Shown: positions 5,510-7,035 of the stretch, piece after piece
How the letters are laid out: the number at the start of each line of letters is the position of its first letter
Numbering within the stretch: the first letter of the stretch is position 1
From: Nanopusillaceae archaeon
GTDB taxonomy: Archaea; Nanobdellota; Nanobdellia; Nanobdellales; Nanobdellaceae
Assembly: GCA_049973735.1 (NCBI GenBank)
Contig: JBMFJL010000030.1
Location: 1-7,035, forward strand
DNA: 7,035 bases
Direction of reading: 5' to 3'
Translations under genes and position numbers: made by a program
Notes under the pieces: generated by a model
The model's input: the letters and a program-made list of their open reading frames with translations, nothing else
The model's database searches: none
What the model was told of the DNA's origin: nothing

Positions 5510-6334
5510 TTATGTTATATTTATTAAAATAGCTCCTTTTGGTACTAGTGGTATAATGAAATTAAACAGTATTAATACCATCAACAAGAATATTAAAACA
5601 TACTTTGCTCCTGCTTTATACGAATTTTCATACATTTTTCCCATTGCCAGTCCTGCAGATATTGCTTCAATTATCGACAAGTTATATATTAATTCATTTA
5701 TAAAGTTCATATCTATAAACTTAGCAGCCTGACCAGGTAATTCTATAGATAGAAATGGTAGTAAAAATACTTCAAATGTAAAAACAATTCCTAAGAAGAA
5801 TACAAAAACTAGGAAGGAATCTACTATATTTTCGTGTATAGCTGTTCTCCTTGCTTCCTTTATTTTCTTAACTTCTAATAAACTATTTAAAACTGCTTCC
5901 AGACTCTTTTCTAGATTTCCACCACTTTTATATATATCTATTAGTGATTTTATTGATCTCTTTATTGTCCTATTATTGCTTTCTTCTGCAAAACTTAATA
6001 AGGATTCTTCTACACTTATTCCCCAGTTTATCCTGGCAGAAAGATTTCTTATTAAACTATTTATCCTACCATAATCTGTTTTTTCTATTTCTTCTAATGC
6101 AACAGGTAAAGAGAGCCCTGATTTTAATAAATCTATCAAATCTTCCAAAAACCTAGTAAAATTTTCCTCTTTCTCTTTTTCTATTCTATTATTTATTTCC
6201 TGATATATTAAATATGGTAATAAACCAATTATTGTACCATTCAATATAGCTTTTGATATAGGAAAATTAAATATAAACATAAATATTAGTATTAATGCTA
6301 TTATTATTGCTAGAAATATTAGATTTTTCATCAT
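5510..6334 (-). CDS. T2SSF-domain polytopic membrane protein (TadC/FlaJ-like, second half of a split platform)
   Basis: 274 aa. It has N-terminal TM helices, then the cytoplasmic helical module FLEDLIDLLKSGLSLPVALEEIEKTDYGRINSLIRNLSARINWGISVEESLLSFAEESNNRTIKRSIKSLIDIYKSGGNLEKSLEAVL (T2SSF/GspF pattern), then about 3 C-terminal TM helices. Its ATG overlaps the upstream gene's stop (ATGA). Confidence 0.85.
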   Translation of the reverse strand: MMKNLIFLAIIIALILIFMFIFNFPISKAILNGTIIGLLPYLIYQEINNRIEKEKEENFTRFLEDLIDLLKSGLSLPVALEEIEKTDYGRINSLIRNLSARINWGISVEESLLSFAEESNNRTIKRSIKSLIDIYKSGGNLEKSLEAVLNSLLEVKKIKEARRTAIHENIVDSFLVFVFFLGIVFTFEVFLLPFLSIELPGQAAKFIDMNFINELIYNLSIIEAISAGLAMGKMYENSYKAGAKYVLIFLLMVLILFNFIIPLVPKGAILINIT

Positions 6335-7035
6335 TCTTTAGATAATCTATCAAATACTAATAAAAAGCCCATATTTATAATTGGTATTCCTACGTATACT
6401 AAAATTGTCAAAATTTGTTGAATATTAATATTATATGCTTGCTGTAATATTGCCATGAGCATTACGCCTATAGATATTATTATCATTGGTAATGTTAATA
6501 TCATACCTACATAAAGGTCTGAAAATGTCTTCATGAGCTGACCCATTCTCTTCAGATAATTATTATACTTTGTCAATAATTGTGTAGAATAAATTATTAA
6601 AAATTCTGATATTTTTCTTCCAGATTTTATAGTCAATACTAGTTCATTTAAAAAATCTTTTAAATCCTTAGATACAGTCTCTTCTGCAACAGATCTTATT
6701 GCATCTGATAAACTTTCTCCCAAATCAATTCTATCCAATATTTTCTTTATTTCTTTTGCTAAATAACCATATTCTTCAGTTTCAGAAATTATCTTGAATA
6801 TTTCTTTTAATTCAATTCCAGCTTCTGCTAAAGATGCCATATGAATTACTGCAAATGGAAGATTCCTGTTTATATTATCCCTTATGTCTGTTCTTTTATA
6901 GTTTAAGTACAAATAAAGTAAAATTATAGAAGATGATAAAATACCGATACCATATAAAAAGTATATTATATCAGCTAAATACAATGAAAAGAATACGAAT
7001 GACAAAATTAAAACTGTAGAAAAGAATAATATTAG
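6331..7035 (-). CDS. T2SSF-domain polytopic membrane protein (TadB/FlaJ-like, first half; probably 5'-partial)
   Basis: The T2SSF module is LPFAVIHMASLAEAGIELKEIFKIISETEEYGYLAKEIKKILDRIDLGESLSDAIRSVAEETVSKDLKDFLNELVLTIKSGRKISEFL, followed by TM helices. The track start at 7005 is a TTG. The frame upstream stays open to 7035 (LILFFSTVLIL..., read by hand), so the true start probably lies outside the window. Confidence 0.8.
   Translation of the reverse strand, partial: LILFFSTVLILSFVFFSLYLADIIYFLYGIGILSSSIILLYLYLNYKRTDIRDNINRNLPFAVIHMASLAEAGIELKEIFKIISETEEYGYLAKEIKKILDRIDLGESLSDAIRSVAEETVSKDLKDFLNELVLTIKSGRKISEFLIIYSTQLLTKYNNYLKRMGQLMKTFSDLYVGMILTLPMIIISIGVMLMAILQQAYNINIQQILTILVYVGIPIINMGFLLVFDRLSKE

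Overview
This is a strongly AT-rich archaeal chromosomal window that is almost fully coding, with 8 CDS, two of which run off the window edges. The left two thirds are housekeeping genes. They comprise a 3'-truncated K/E-rich coiled-coil protein (minus strand, 1-835, GTG start), ribosomal stalk protein P1 (aL12), the bifunctional class V fructose-1,6-bisphosphate aldolase/phosphatase, archaeal DnaG and the wyosine-pathway methyltransferase Taw3. The coiled-coil CDS is absent from the supplied ORF track; I checked its frame by hand and it is open from 841 to the window edge. The true DnaG start is most likely 2491, not 2335. The right third is a minus-strand envelope block. It holds two adjacent, translationally coupled (ATGA overlap) paralogous T2SSF-domain polytopic membrane proteins, resembling TadB/TadC or a split FlaJ/PilC platform. 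The upstream one is still open at the window edge. Twelve nt downstream lies an orphan 247-aa secreted protein with 8 Cys and 11 N-glycosylation sequons. A second orphan, a membrane-anchored 160-aa protein, sits head-to-head with taw3, and their start codons lie 6 bp apart inside a perfect 18-bp palindrome. TATA-like octamers centred about 25-30 nt upstream of start codons, with no Shine-Dalgarno motifs, suggest leaderless transcripts. I saw no RNA genes, CRISPR arrays, IS elements or recognisable defence genes. The best candidate for something undescribed is the split-platform type IV filament-like operon with its non-pilin-looking extracellular product. That evidence is motif-level only, and any ATPase or prepilin peptidase would lie outside the window.
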